From contig OZ237737.1 of assembly GCA_965178125.1 (NCBI GenBank), positions 1,674,001 to 1,730,237 of the forward strand: a stretch of 56,237 bases of DNA, read 5' to 3'. Position 1 is the first letter of the stretch. Each line of letters begins with the position of its first letter. Source of the DNA: Bilabrum cf. latius (taxonomy: Eukaryota). The translations under genes were made by a program, and so were the position numbers. Below are positions 26,992 to 39,330 of the stretch, piece by piece. The notes beneath the pieces were generated by a model. The model searched no databases. It was given only the letters and a program-made list of their open reading frames with translations, and had not been told where the DNA came from.

Positions 26992-29900
26992 TTAACCATC
27001 AGAGTCATCCTCAGGCTTGATTTCAGGGCCATGGGTGGGCTTTGGCGGCTTCAGCACGCGAGGGCTGCTTCCTGGGCTGCTGGCAGCGGAGCCCCCCCCG
27101 TCGCTCGACACAGTGCGCACCCTGACTCGCAGTGGCTTGCTCCCTGGCTTGGGCGCGGGCTTCAGGCCGCGGGTGTTGCCTGATGAACCGCCCTGACTAC
27201 TCGTGCCTTCCCGTCGCGGTACTCTCCTGGGCTTGGGTTTGGGCTTCGGTATCGCAGCGGTGGAGGGGGCTGCCTTTGTGCTGGGCTTGGGCTTGGGCAT
27301 TGACCTGGGCTTGGGCTTGGGCTTGGGCTTGGGCTTGCCAGCGGTCCCAGCCTCGAACTCTAGCTTGGGTTCGAGGGGCTTCGGCGCATCCACGCGTGCC
27401 TCGGCGCGTGCAGTATCCCCTTTGCTCTAGCCTGCACTCGGCACGTCATCCAAAGCGCCGCCCGTGCCCCTGCCCCTTGGTGACATCGGCTGCAGAGCAG
27501 AGAGGGTCTGCCTCCGCTGCTGCACCGCGGACTGCAGGCCGGCATACCGGGCCATCTGCGCCCTCACAGTGGCCAGCAGCTGCCGCACGCCCGCCAGCTG
27601 GGCCTCGTACTCGGCCTTCTGCTCCTCCAACCGCCCCTCCAGCGCCTTGATCTCCCCCGCCCGCCGCCGCTCCGCCTCCTCCAGCCGGGTCTGCAGGTTG
27701 CTTGCCCGCGCGCGCTCCATCGCGAGCTGTCCCGCAAGCACCACTCGATCCCCACCACTGGCCTCTTGCCTAGCTGTGGAGGATCCGTCTGCCGCGGGGT
27801 GCTGCGAGGGCGAGGCCTCATCGGCTCGTGCCGCTTCCATCAGGTCCTGCAGCTGGGCTTTTACCCGCTTCAGCTCCTGCTCCATGCGAGAGTGAGACGT
27901 CTTCAGCATGGAGCTGCGCGTGGCAATCTTGCCCGCTGCCTGCCGCTCCTCCTCGGCCTTCTACCTGGCAGCGGCCAGCTGCTTCTCCACCCGACTCACC
28001 CGCCGCACGATGGCCCCCCTGAGAGCGTTCAACTCCTGCAGCTGCACCTCGGCGAGCTCAGCTGGCTGCTTCTGGAGGAGCAGCTGCTTCATAATGCCCG
28101 CGGCATCGCCCATCATGCTGTCGCTGCGACGCATGCGCGACGGGCCTCTGCTCGCCACCTCAGCCGCAGTCGCAGAAGCAGACGCAAGAGCTCCATCCAC
28201 GCTCCCGCTCCCCTCGGCGCCGCTGCCAGTGCGCGTGCGGGTGGTTGACCCGGACCCCTGCTCCACGGACACCCCCACCTCCACCCCCGCACTCGGCGTG
28301 GGTCCCACCTCCAGCTTGCGAGAGAACGACACGGACCTGGCCCGTTCCGAGGGGCTCGCGGCTGCTGCTGCCCCGGGCATGGCGGGGGAGAGCGGTGACA
28401 TGGGAGCCTCGCGGGGGCTGCCTGGAGCAGACGAGGCTTCGGAGGGCGAGGACAGGTGCTCCTTGCCGCCCCTCTTGTGCTTCGAGGAGCTGCCCTTCAG
28501 AACGGACCCGGTCCGCAGCTTCTCGGCGAGTCCGCGCATGCGCCTGATGAGACGCACCTGCTGCTCCTTAGTCTATTGCTCTTCCTCCTTCTACTACTCC
28601 ACTGCGCCCCCGCTTTCGTCTGCATCGCATGTTTCCTGTGCCTCCTTTTGGCGAGCCTCAAGTAGCTCGAGCTCGAGCTGCTTGGACTTGGATGCGGCCT
28701 CTACCTCGATCTCCTCCCGACGGTGCTTCTCGTCCTCTAGTTGCCCAATGAGCTTGAATTTGGCGTCTTTCTCGTCCTGCAGCTCGCCCTGCATACGGCT
28801 CGCTCTTTCCTCAGCAGCTCGCAGCTGCTTCGAAAGATCGCTGGCTCGTTGCTCGTGCCGCCTGCTCTCCTTCACCAACTCGCTGGCTCGCTCCCTGTGC
28901 CCAAGCAGCTCCTATTCCAGGGCAGCAGCCCTCTTGCTTGCATCCGCGGCTTCATTGCGCGCCCTCCCCGCCTCGGCCCGAGCGCTGGCCAGGGCCTCCT
29001 CCCCCGCGCTCTCCTGCCTCTCCTCCACCCGCCGCAGCTCGTCGCTGTGCCGCTCCTGGGCCCTCTGCAGCGCGCGCTCTGCCTCCACTGCTCGTTTGGT
29101 GGCAGCAGATGCCTCGCTGCGGGCAGTCTACAGCTCGCCGCGGGCCGTTGCCAGCGCGGCCGACTGCAGGGCGGCCTCGGCCTTGGCAGAAGCGATCTCG
29201 TCTGTCTGCTCCAGCTCCCTGCGGTGGGCCTCGTCCGCCCGTCGACTCAGCTCCTTGCGGCTGGTCTCGCGGGCTTCGTTCAGCTCCTCACGGGTCCCCT
29301 GCAGCCGGGCCGTCACCTGTGCCAGCTCTGCCTGCAGCGAGCCCACTTCCGCCTTGGCCGCTGCAGCATCGCGCGCAGCTCGCCGCGCCTGTTCCTCTCC
29401 TTCCTCCCGGTCCGTGCGGGCCGCTGCCAATTCTGCCCTCGCAGAGTGTGCCTCTGCCCTTGCCCTACCCGCGGCAGACTCGGCTGCTTCCTTCTGCTCG
29501 TCGCACCTTGCCGCCTGCTCCTGCGCTCGCCTTGCTCGGGAGTCGGCGCTCTCCAGCCGGGCCCGGAGCGCGGCAAGCACCCGAGGCGCAGCCTCTTTGG
29601 CCTCTGCTGCAGACACGGGGGGATCAACCGGCAGAGGGTCGCCCCCTTCTCCGGCCGTGGCATGGATCGAGGTGAGGGTGAGCCAGAGAGACACCACAAC
29701 ATCCTTTTGCGCTGACGCGGATGTTTTGAATCTGGCAGCAGCAGCGCCTGCGCTCCTTGCGTTCTGCTCCGCATCCTTCCTCATTGCGTCATATCGCTGC
29801 TTCTCCACCTCGACAGATTTCGCCCGCTCTTCCGCCTTTGCTCGTGCGGCGCACGTCTACGTGATGGCTAGCTTGGCAGCTTGCAGCTCCTCCTATGCTT

Positions 29901-30256
29901 CGGCAACCTGCTCCCGCAGCTCCTGCAGTTCAATCACTACAAGCATTGTGGTTTTGAAAATGGCATAGACGCGCGCCGGAGGGCGTCTGAATGCAATATA
30001 ATGGGATTCAAGCACTTACCCTAATTTCGCTGTCTTCGATGTGGCCCACCTGGCTCCGCATCTTGTCCCGCCCAACACTTGCTCCGGAATGTGGTGGACC
30101 TGAAAGTGTTGCTAGCTAGTCGCCCATCTCTGCTAACATTTGGTACGCCTGCCGTAGCTCTGACTAGGATTCCTACAGGTGCCTCTTGCTTGTCTGCAGC
30201 TCGTGCTCCAAGCTACTTATAACCGAAGAGACCGCCTGCTTCCGAATGCCTTGCAT
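26992..30256 (-). CDS. Long coiled-coil protein (~1055 aa) with a C-terminal (KP)n tract; intron 30019-29923
   Basis: ATG 30256 (MQGIRKQ...) is preceded by an in-frame TAA. Track ORFs 29128-29808, 28594-28878, 27961-28557, 27427-27909 and 26992-27393 share one frame joined by about 12 TAGs (e.g. E**KEEEQ*TKEQQ). Ends TAA 26992-26994. Confidence 0.78.
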
Positions 30257-30573
30257 GATTTAATGCCCGCTACAGCAATCCGGGCTCTACTATTTCGATC
30301 CGACTCAAAAAATGCTGCAGGATCGTTCGTTCAACAAGAAATCGCGACAGGACGCATTCGAAATCCAAGCGACAAGTCTTTAAAATACGAATAGTTCGCG
30401 AGGCTATTAGATGCTCGCACGTTTCGCAACACACGTACCTAGTTGTACAGATCCAGTAAAAAAAAATGGCTTCTTATTAGTGCCACCGTGCACTGCACAA
30501 TCCACCAACTCCAAAATTTATGGAAAGAACTGGCATATTTGAGCTGCAAAGTATAGAATTATCAGTTTGAATC

Positions 30574-31170
30574 ATGCGAGCTGTGCTGCAGATCGTGTCG
30601 AGAGCGAGCGTTTCTGTTGGTGGCAAGGTAGTGGGCAGTATAGGCCCCGGCATCATGGCTTTGATCGGCATTCGAGACGACGATACCGATGACGATCGCT
30701 CATGGATTGTCTCAAAAGTATGCACTGGCAAGTACTTCTAGCTGCCGGACGGAACACCGTGGCGCGTGAACGTAAAGGATGCGGGCGGCAAGGTTCTGCT
30801 TGTATCTCAGTTTACGCTCTACGCTTCGATGAAAAAGACGAGGCCGGACTTTAGAGCAGCTCAGAAAGGAGACCACGCGGTCGAAACGTTTGACACAGTA
30901 GTCCGAGAGGTAGACGAGTTCATGGGGAAGGATTCTGATGGTGAATCTCGCGTTGAAACCGGCGAATTCGGAGCAAACATGAGTGTTGAGCTCGCGAGCG
31001 AGGGTCCAGTGACCATTGTATTGGATTCAAGAGATCGGAAAGGGCCACGGCCAGCAGGCGCCCCTCCTTCCGAAGACTCTGGGCCGAGCAAGCCAGGAGA
31101 CGGAGCTGCCACTGGCGGCGCAGGTGGTAAATCTGCCGCTGTAAGTGCGGAGGCAGCGAAGCCATAGTAA
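30574..31170 (+). CDS. DTD1: D-aminoacyl-tRNA deacylase
   Basis: MRAVLQIVSRASVSV...IGPGIMALIGI, TAG at 30739-30741 inside the fold, then VLLVSQFTLY, PDF, GEFGANMSVELASEGPVTIVLDS. The 3' end reads TAG TAA TGA. Confidence 0.92.
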
Positions 31171-31237
31171 TGAAAAAAGGTTAGTGAATTATGTGTGCCA
31201 GCACTGCACGCAGGCTGTCCCCAGCAGAGCTGCTGAT

Positions 31238-32326
31238 TCAGGTAGAGCTGCTGAATCGGCCAAGAGCCACAGTACCATCGGCGGTAACCAATGGCACCGG
31301 TAGCACGCCCTCGATTCCAGTCCCGCGGAGGCCCCGCAACTTCTCGGCGGCCTGGCGCAGGGCCACTCGCGCCGCCGCACTGCTAGGCTCGGAACCAGCT
31401 GCCCCGCCCTACTCCTACTCCTATTTCTCCTCCTCCCGACCATCGCGCCCGCGGGTCTCCATCATTGCGATATCAAGCAAGTCGGATACTGGCAGTCCCA
31501 GGGCGCTCAACGTGCGTAGGCCGCAGTTGAAGTTCACCACGGGGCCTTGGGCGAATAGCGAGGCGTCGAACAGAGTGCGCACTGCAGCTGGAGCCGGTGC
31601 AGCATCCTGCAGCGGTGCTCCGGAGCTACTGGCAGTAGTGCTGCATGCAAGGGTGTTAGTTGCAGCAGTGGCTCTAGTCGTGCGGTACCCTGGGAAAGAC
31701 CTCGCAATTGGAGGAACCGCGCCCGGTACGCACCCAGTCACAGCGTACACTTCGTCTACGCCTGCCATCTTTGCCTTGCTTGATCCCAAAAATTTACGAA
31801 CGAGCTTCCAGTCCAACTTCTTCGTCGCGGATAAGACACACAGAGCCCATGGGAATGCCTAACCCTAATCGCCGGCTTTTTTTGACGGGATGCGTACTAG
31901 CATGGCTTTTGCCCCGGATGCTAGAGGAACGCCGCGAACGCTGGCACTCTCAGCTGATGTTCTTGTGGGGAGGTGGGACATGAACTGGACGTTGACCCCG
32001 GTCTCCTTGAAGAGAGCCTTGAGACGCAGGGACGTGGCGACATCAGTTTCGGCTGATTCAACCTCGTCTGCGCGTTTTGATTTTGTGTCAATCAATTTGT
32101 GCGGATTGCTGGTAACTGCAAGGGTTGCCCTATCGAACTGCTGCTTGAAAGCTAACTGCAGGACGCGTGTTTCCTGCAGCAGGCTGCCGGCAGTGACTAC
32201 GCACCTTCGGCCTGAGAGGCACCCTTCCATCCAACGCGACGTCTTATGCATGGTGCACAATGGTGTAAACAGCACAGGCCCGGTCCTAGAGCATCCTTGC
32301 GAAGTGGAAAAGGTACTTTGGCCCAT
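31238..32326 (-). CDS. YbaK/ProX-family aminoacyl-tRNA trans-editing deacylase (start uncertain)
   Basis: HLPTRTSAESASVRG, GAKAML, KKLDWK, VYAVTGCVPGAVPP, DASL, NFNCGLRTLS. TAGs at 31865, 31859, 31421, 31415 and 31409. Ends TGA 31238-31240. Confidence 0.85.
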
Positions 32327-32460
32327 CCTGCCGGTCGAGAAAGCGAGCTGGCCGTGGTGGCGGTTGCAACCTTTGGTTCAAGAAGAAGATTAAAATCTTT
32401 GGTTCCTGGGCTGTGCGCTATTCGTGACTGCCAGCACGTCTAGCGAACGAAACATTCGCA

Positions 32461-33750
32461 ATGCGTTCGATGCTGTTGCTGTTCTCTGCAATATGTGCTG
32501 TGCAGGGCGCTCCAAATTGCGTGATGACCCAGACAGACCTGAACGGGCACCCTCACTATGCCAACAACCCTCCATTTCCCCTTCCGACGCCAACGTTTGG
32601 TGGGCCCCAGCAGTGCCCAATGCTGCAAGGAAATGGCTGTTGCAGCCCAGCACAGCAGGAGTCGCTAGCTCTGTTTGCCCATTCGCTGGTTGCAAACTTC
32701 GGCACCCCTTCCACTGGAGGTCAGAGATTCCGTAGCTAGCTCAAAAGGTTTGAATCGCGTGCGCGGTGAATCTAAGCTTTACTGTGTCCTCCTTTATGTG
32801 TGTTCGCAGGCTGTGAGGCTTGCGGCCAGAATCTAATGCGGTTTTTTTGCTCCTTCGTGTGCTCGCCCATTCAGGCGTACCATCTTCAACCGGTAGGCTA
32901 CAGAAATGCGACTGTCAATGGAAAGCGGTACGAAGTCCTGCACGCCAATATCCATGTCGATAGGCACTGGGCTTGTGGCCTTACTGCTTCTTGTCGTGGA
33001 ACTGTTCCAGCTGAGAGTGTGTCGGCTATGCAGCACTGCCAGTCATTCTTCCAATACGTCAGTGAACAAGGTGCTCCACATGGGTTTACGTTCGACATTG
33101 TGTATCACGATGGACCGCCGTACTCTGGCGCAAACGAAACCAATCGCCCGTACGTTGCCCCAACCCCGTCGCCGGCCGCGAGCGCAGCCCTAGAAGGTCG
33201 GTCCAGCAGGATGGTTGATGTCGAGGCGCAGGGCACCGCGACTGGTGGCAGCGGCTACCTCGTGTAGGAAGCAGGATTGAATATGGGTCCTGGGTGGGAG
33301 GATACTGAGGGCAGACAGGCTTGGCGGGAGAGCCTTGGCCGTGCCGGCGGCGCCGGCAAGCGGTCGCCGGTGCCCGAAGCGCTGTCGGCTACTCCTCCCC
33401 CGGCTCCTGAAGGCGGGTACAGGGCGTTCAGGCCGCCGTACGACAACTGCTGCAACTTCGTCCCGGTAGATATCACGACGTGGGTCCCGCAGAGTCCATC
33501 CAACATCACGTGTGGTGCAGCCACTTGCTACGGCATGCAGTCTGGGGAGCAGTGCTTCGACAACAAGGACCCACCCGCCGGCCACAACGCGCTTCCATCC
33601 CTGAAGAAGCTGATCTCCAACAAGCCTGGCGTCATGTTTGGTTTGAACTGGAAGCCGGTTGCCGGTGCCTATGGTGCTGTAGTCGCCGTCGCTGTGGTAC
33701 TCGTCGGCGTTGCAGTGTACCGCAGCGCGGTAGGAGCCGATGGGGCCTGA
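32461..33750 (+). CDS. Signal peptide + NPC1 N-terminal-like Cys-rich domain + single C-terminal TM helix; intron 32720-32809
   Basis: MRSMLLLFSAICAVQG signal; CPML..CCSPAQ, GCEACGQNLMRFFCSFVCSPIQ, SCRGT; a hydrophobic C-terminal helix; one TAG (33265). Ends TGA. Confidence 0.78.
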
Positions 33751-33849
33751 GATGCAGGGTCAGATGAGGCGCCGAGTGTGGCCTCAGTAGCGTCACTGCA
33801 TACATTATTTCATGCTCAACAGTACAGTGCCGCAAAAATGTCCTGAATC

Positions 33850-36800
33850 TCATGCGATGTCGAGAGCTCGCCCCCACCCGACGTCGTATCCAGCCTCAGT
33901 GGTTCTCACAGGGGGCGATACGTGCCGCGCTTCTCCAGCACGGGCCGCCTGCGTTGCTGGCTCCCCGGTATTGACTGCCCACTAAATGGCCCGACCCACC
34001 ATCGCAAAATCGTCTTCATCAACCAAACCCCCGATAATTTCTTCTGCTTGCGCGCCACCCGCGATCTGCACATCGTCCTCGTCCGTCCAAGCCCCGCCTT
34101 CACCACTCACTACTGCTAGAAACGAGTCATCTCGATCAGCATCCGGCTGCTGTACGATCATAACTGCGCGCTCCCGCACCTATGCAGCCCACGCAGACAC
34201 CTTGTCCTGCGTGAATTTCCCTTCCTTCTCTGGGCCTTCAGGTGACGCTGCTGTGAGGTGCTTCCCAACCGAGATTGCATCATCGATGCCACGCTGTACA
34301 CCTGTTGACTTCGCGGCTGTTGACGGCGCATGGTCCCCCGCTCCACGTCTGCGTGCCGGGGTTGCTGCCCCAGACTCAACCGCGTGGCCTTCCCTGCGAT
34401 GCTTGCCAACCGCAGCCTCGGTGCCGTTGTTGCCAGGCTCACTCTTCGGCGATCCAACATCGGGCTTGTCCGCGTCACTGCTGTCCAACGTTCTATCAAA
34501 TAGCATGCGACGAACTGCACCATCCACGCCGGCAGCCTGTTTAGATGGCGTTGGGAAAACCAGCTGCTTCCGAATACCGTCCGCTGCCGCATGGCTCAGC
34601 ACCATGTTGCTCAAGGTCGTTGCAGAATCGTCCTGGTGCGGCCAATTCTGTGCCTACTGCGTCGCTGGCTAGGCCCCGCGCATCGCTGTTGGTTCGATGC
34701 AGGAAGCTTCCGCGTCAAAGCTGGAGTTGCTATGCAGAACGGCCGCGGAAGCCGTGTGTGCTTGCAGACGAGCTCGACGGCGGTGGCCTGCGCTTCTGGT
34801 ATCGGCCGTGGGTATGACACCGGCAATGCGGGCTTCCGTAGCCACCTGCCACCGGATAGGCACAGGCACATGAGTGCCTCCGCGCGACCGGTTGTCATGT
34901 TCTAGTGGAACTCGGCTTGCTTGCCTGAGTCGCGGTGCCGCTGTGGACGGCTACCTGGCGCGAGCAGGGGCAAATGGCCTGGGCAAGGCCCGGCCAGCCA
35001 GGACTGGAATGAGCGAAGTGGAGTCTTCAAGTTTGCTTGAGCTGCTCCTGTCAAGCTGAAAAGTCGGTTGCTTGCCCTAGCCGGATGGAGTCTGTGCAAT
35101 GGGTGGGCCTCGTCCCATGGAGTGGACCAGTCGAGTTCGAGACACGGTTGGTTCCGCGGAGGATGCCCGTCTTTCGCGTCTCAAATCGTGACCAGAGCTT
35201 GCTGCCCGGTTTTGTGAGGCGCTAGCCAGACCCCTCTTTCGGAGCACCGCGAGCGCTGCACTCCTGCCCCTGCGCTCAACGGATCGAGCCTTCCGTACAT
35301 GAGCCTCGCGACGACCAGAGCTTGAGCTGGGTGGTCTCCGGCGAGTCCGCAGAGCAGTGCTTCGTGGCCTGGCGTGCATTTCCTGCTCGGTTCCACGACC
35401 AGCCTATCGCTAGCGCCGAGCTGCAGCGCACGCCAGCATGTGCACGCGTCTATCTGCCTCGACCGTGAAGCGTCTCCCGCAGGCCGGACAGTCGGGCACC
35501 TGGACAAACTTCTCTGCAGGGGTGTGCTAAACCCGACGCGGTGCAGACTCAAACACTGCGCGCTTGCGAATGAATACCGACTCACAAACAGACTCGTGTT
35601 TGTCTAGCCGCCCTTCCGCAAAATGTCTCCCGCAGTGCTTGCACGTGTGTGGGTCTGGTGCCACATCCCGCGGAGTGCGAATGGAGCGCTGCCTATGGCC
35701 AGCTTGTTTCCCATTAGTTCTAGGTCGTCTGAAGGGAACTCGTTTAGAAACAGCTGGTTCTGATCCATCTTTTGTGGGGTCGCTAGTGTGTGCTGCTGCA
35801 GAGACGTTTGCACCTGTGGCGCCTTGCTCGCCCAGACTCGCAGACTCTACCCCCAGCTCTCTGTTTTCGGAGACGGAGCCGCCTCCATTTCCGTTGCGGC
35901 CCACTGGTACCAGCGCCTAGAGGTGCTTGAATGCGGCAATCACGCTTGTGCTTCCGCTGCTGATGTCGCACTGGTCAGCTGCAAGTTTCGGTTGCACTGC
36001 CGATCGTCCGTGAGCCGGCCCCTCTAGCGGAGAACCTGCATGTTCACCACTAGCGGTAGTTGAAGACACCGACTTGGCCTCTGTGCCAATGGGCTAGGAA
36101 TCTTCGCCGGAGATGGCCCCAGCAGAACCATGGCTTTGTCGCGCTGCACCGGATGGCTGTCCTCCGCACTGCTGCATCCCTACCCCGCGCCGATCCACCA
36201 CTGGCATTGGGGCGGGCATACTGCTTGGATGTTTTGTTTCAACCGAGACTGGCTAGTCCTGCTCCTTTGTATCGCGCGCAGAACCTGCGGTTTGATCCTA
36301 GTCAGGATGCCCGCGAAGCTCCGAGCTGTATGTACCGCGGCATGGGATGAGCCTGGGATCCACCCCGGCAGGCGGCTCCCACTGAGGAACTCGGTATGCG
36401 TGGCGATAGTAGTACAGCCTGCCAGATGGTGAGAATGCCGACCGCCACTGCGAAGCCATGGCTTGCATCGCCTCAGTCCTGTGCTGCAGCGCTGCCAGCT
36501 CGCTGCTTGTATCCCACGCAGAGATGGCAGATGATGATTCTTCCACGGCGTCATGTGTGCCCTGAACTACTCCCTCATCCTTAACGTGAGGATTGGCTGC
36601 AGTTGCCGCAGAAACCTGAGCTGCATGAGCACCACCAGCGGGCCGGTTGCTCGCTGCTGATTTCCTCTTGTATCGCAATCGCCTCTACTACGCACGCAGC
36701 TCGCTCCCAAGAGTATTTAAGGATACATTGGTACATATTCCAGCATCAAATTGCTATTGCAGGGATTCTTTAGTCTGCTCCATCGAATCTTGTCGCAGAC

Positions 36801-37026
36801 CGACCCGTTCAGACAGCATCCGTCCGTTTGCACCATCCGAAGAGCCGTTTGAGTCCGCGTGCTCACTTGCTTCTACATAACAGTAATCTTTCCTTATTTC
36901 AATGTGGCTTGCAATGCTGTCGTCTAGCATCCCATGATAATCCGGGACACTAGCTCGGCCGAGCTGGGACGCATGCATTCGAACGGTACCAGCTCCAACT
37001 AACACATCAAGGTAGCCGTCGGCCAT
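33850..37026 (-). CDS. WW domain + two C2HC zinc-finger protein (~1058 aa, intronless)
   Basis: Single frame from ATG 37026 to TGA 33850-33852 with 16 TAG and no TAA/TGA. WW: QWRSAFSPSGRLYYYRHAYRVPQWEPP. Zn fingers: CKHCGRHFAEGRLDKHESVC..KRAVFES and CPACGRRF...HMLAC. Confidence 0.8.
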
Positions 37027-37206
37027 GGGAATGAATCCACACGAATTATGGAACGCAACCCGAACAGCAGACGCACAATGCTACGGCCACGACAGTCGGT
37101 GAGAGACGGCGAAAGTTCAAACAATGTCTTGGAATTACGGAACCGACACAGGCAGTGCGCGGCGCCATGGTCGTTGCTGTTGGGCGTGCAAACCTTGCAC
37201 GGCAGC

Positions 37207-37791
37207 ATGAACGGCGTGAACGACTACTTCGAAGAGGCGGACCAGCAAAAGTGTTCATATTTGGTTAAGTCCTGGATTATACTTGTATTTCTTCTGTTTG
37301 ACCTGTTGCTATCAGCAACAACAGACTACGACCCATCCCGTCTTATCGGTGACATTTAGCCTCTTGTGCAAACTGGAGTGCAGCTACTTCTTCTTATCTG
37401 CGTGTCAGTCATGTTTTTCTTGATGATATCGGCAACATATCCATTTCGGGTGGGCCTCATCTCTGCCCTTGGCCCGGAGTTGCGGTTTCTGCAAGTGTCT
37501 CTTGGTATCTACTGGCTTGTGCTCCTAGCTTACGCTGGAGTCAAGGTGCCACTGGTACTTGGCGACACAGATGAAGTGTATAAGCTGTACGATAGCGTAC
37601 CCTTTGCCATCGTTTCAGTCGTGTAGAAGCTTGCAGCTTTAGTGATGTACGCTGGTGCGATTGATGCCCTGCTCCGGTTGGGGGAGCCCAGGTTCTATGA
37701 ACGAAGGGAATGGACCAGAAATGCAGATGTCAAGAGAGCACTTGCAAGGCTCAATGAATAGCGAGCCCAGGGCATTGCTGGGCCTCTGTGA
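37207..37791 (+). CDS. TMEM138: TMEM138-like ciliary membrane protein (alternative start 37048)
   Basis: Multi-pass hydrophobic pattern: FLLFDLLL, FFLMISATYPFRVGL, SVV*KLAALVMY, LRLGEPRFY...W. TAG at 37357, 37624 and 37759. Ends TGA 37789-37791. Confidence 0.85.
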
Positions 37792-37799
37792 GGCACTCG

Positions 37800-39198
37800 T
37801 CAGCTCGGAATGCTCCCGGAGGGCAACCAGGTCACCCAGATGTCCTCCTTGTTGAGGCTGTACGCGACATACGTCCCATCCTGTCCACCCGAGGCACTCC
37901 AGTCGCGGATGTCGATCGCCTGCGGGTACTGCGCCCCTGGGCTCTTGGCACTCCCTGCGAATCTCTCCTTGCACCGAGAGTCGTCGGGGCCCAGCTCCGT
38001 GCAGCTTACCACCACTGACACGCGGTCGAACGAGGCGCCATCCTTCGAGGTAGCGATCGTGAGGGGGTCCCGCATGGGCCCGTCCTTGTTGCAGTTGGAC
38101 ACGAGGTACACGCGGCCATCGAACAAGCGGCCAGTGTTGATGTTCGAGTCCTTGTCGGGTATGTCGGTGGCCTCAGGGGTCGACCAGTGGGCGATACCAC
38201 CCGCAGTATAGTTGCGGTACGAGCTGTAGAGCTGCTGCTGCCTGGACCTGTATAGCAGCACGTCCACGGCGGCGTCCGAGGGTGCCACGTAGTGGGTGCG
38301 CTCGTTTGCGAGGTCCATGGACAGCGGCAGGCTCCAGTTCTGCAGGCCGCCCACCGCGGCTTCGCACTTTGTGGTTTTGCCTGCAGCTGTCGCGGGAAAC
38401 GTTGATTCGCAGGGGAGGACGTCGGGGTCTGCGAGGGTCCGCATGTCAGCCTGCGTGCGTGCGTCCATCTCCGGGACGGTGCGGATGCCCAGCGCGCGGG
38501 AGGCCGCCTCGAAGCCTGCGGGCACAGCTGTGGACGCCCAGAACATGGTTCCCAACTCAGGGGTACATGGATCATCGGCTGGCTGATCCACTCCGTTGCA
38601 GCGCGAGAAGTCCATCTGCCGGAGCAGCAGGATTGGCTGGTACTGGTCCGGAAACAAGCAGAACTGTTTCGGCGAGGCTGCAGCGTACCATCTTCCATTG
38701 AGAATAATCGGCGGTTCCGCGAATAGATGGGCTGGATTGCTGCTCGTGGACACATTTGGAAATAGAATCGCGTCGTTTGTCTGAGTTGCTGACCACTTCT
38801 TGCCGTCCTGCGTGACTGTGTACAGCACCCTCTGACCCGGCCTGTCCTCGCTTTCAACTCCATTTTTAAAGGTTACGACCAAACTGCCGTTGTAAAATCC
38901 CATCATGACTGCAATTGAAAGAAATGCGACCCGGAAGACATCGCGATCTTCAAAGATTACCGCACGCTTGATTCGCGCACGCGTTCAACTCACCCGCGTG
39001 ATTGTAGGTCCCAAACGATTGAATGGCATGGTACACCTCAGTGTGCACAGCACCAGGCACTTGGGTGTATCCAGCCAGCGGCTTCGATGGGTCTGGGCTT
39101 GGTGCATCCCACTTCGGAGTGAAGCCTTGTGCAACGAAGCCAAGCGTGCAGAACGCACAAAGATGAAGCACGTGCAATTTCGGCATTGTAGCTTTCAT
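37800..39198 (-). CDS. Secreted BNR/Asp-box sialidase-like beta-propeller protein; intron 38993-38909
   Basis: Signal-like N-terminus; GTYNHA|VMM; Asp-box-like TQDGKKW and TSKDGASF; RDPLTIA, GAQYP, YVAYSLNKEDIWV. Ends TGA. Confidence 0.8.
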
Positions 39199-39330
39199 TC
39201 CAGGTGCCTGCTCTTCGATGTCTCCGAATCGATCTTATCACAGGCGCAAGCTTCACAACAACAGGGGCTCCGGAGTCCTCGTCACACTGCTACTAGACTA
39301 GATCCACGCAGTCCCACTTCTGCGACCCTC

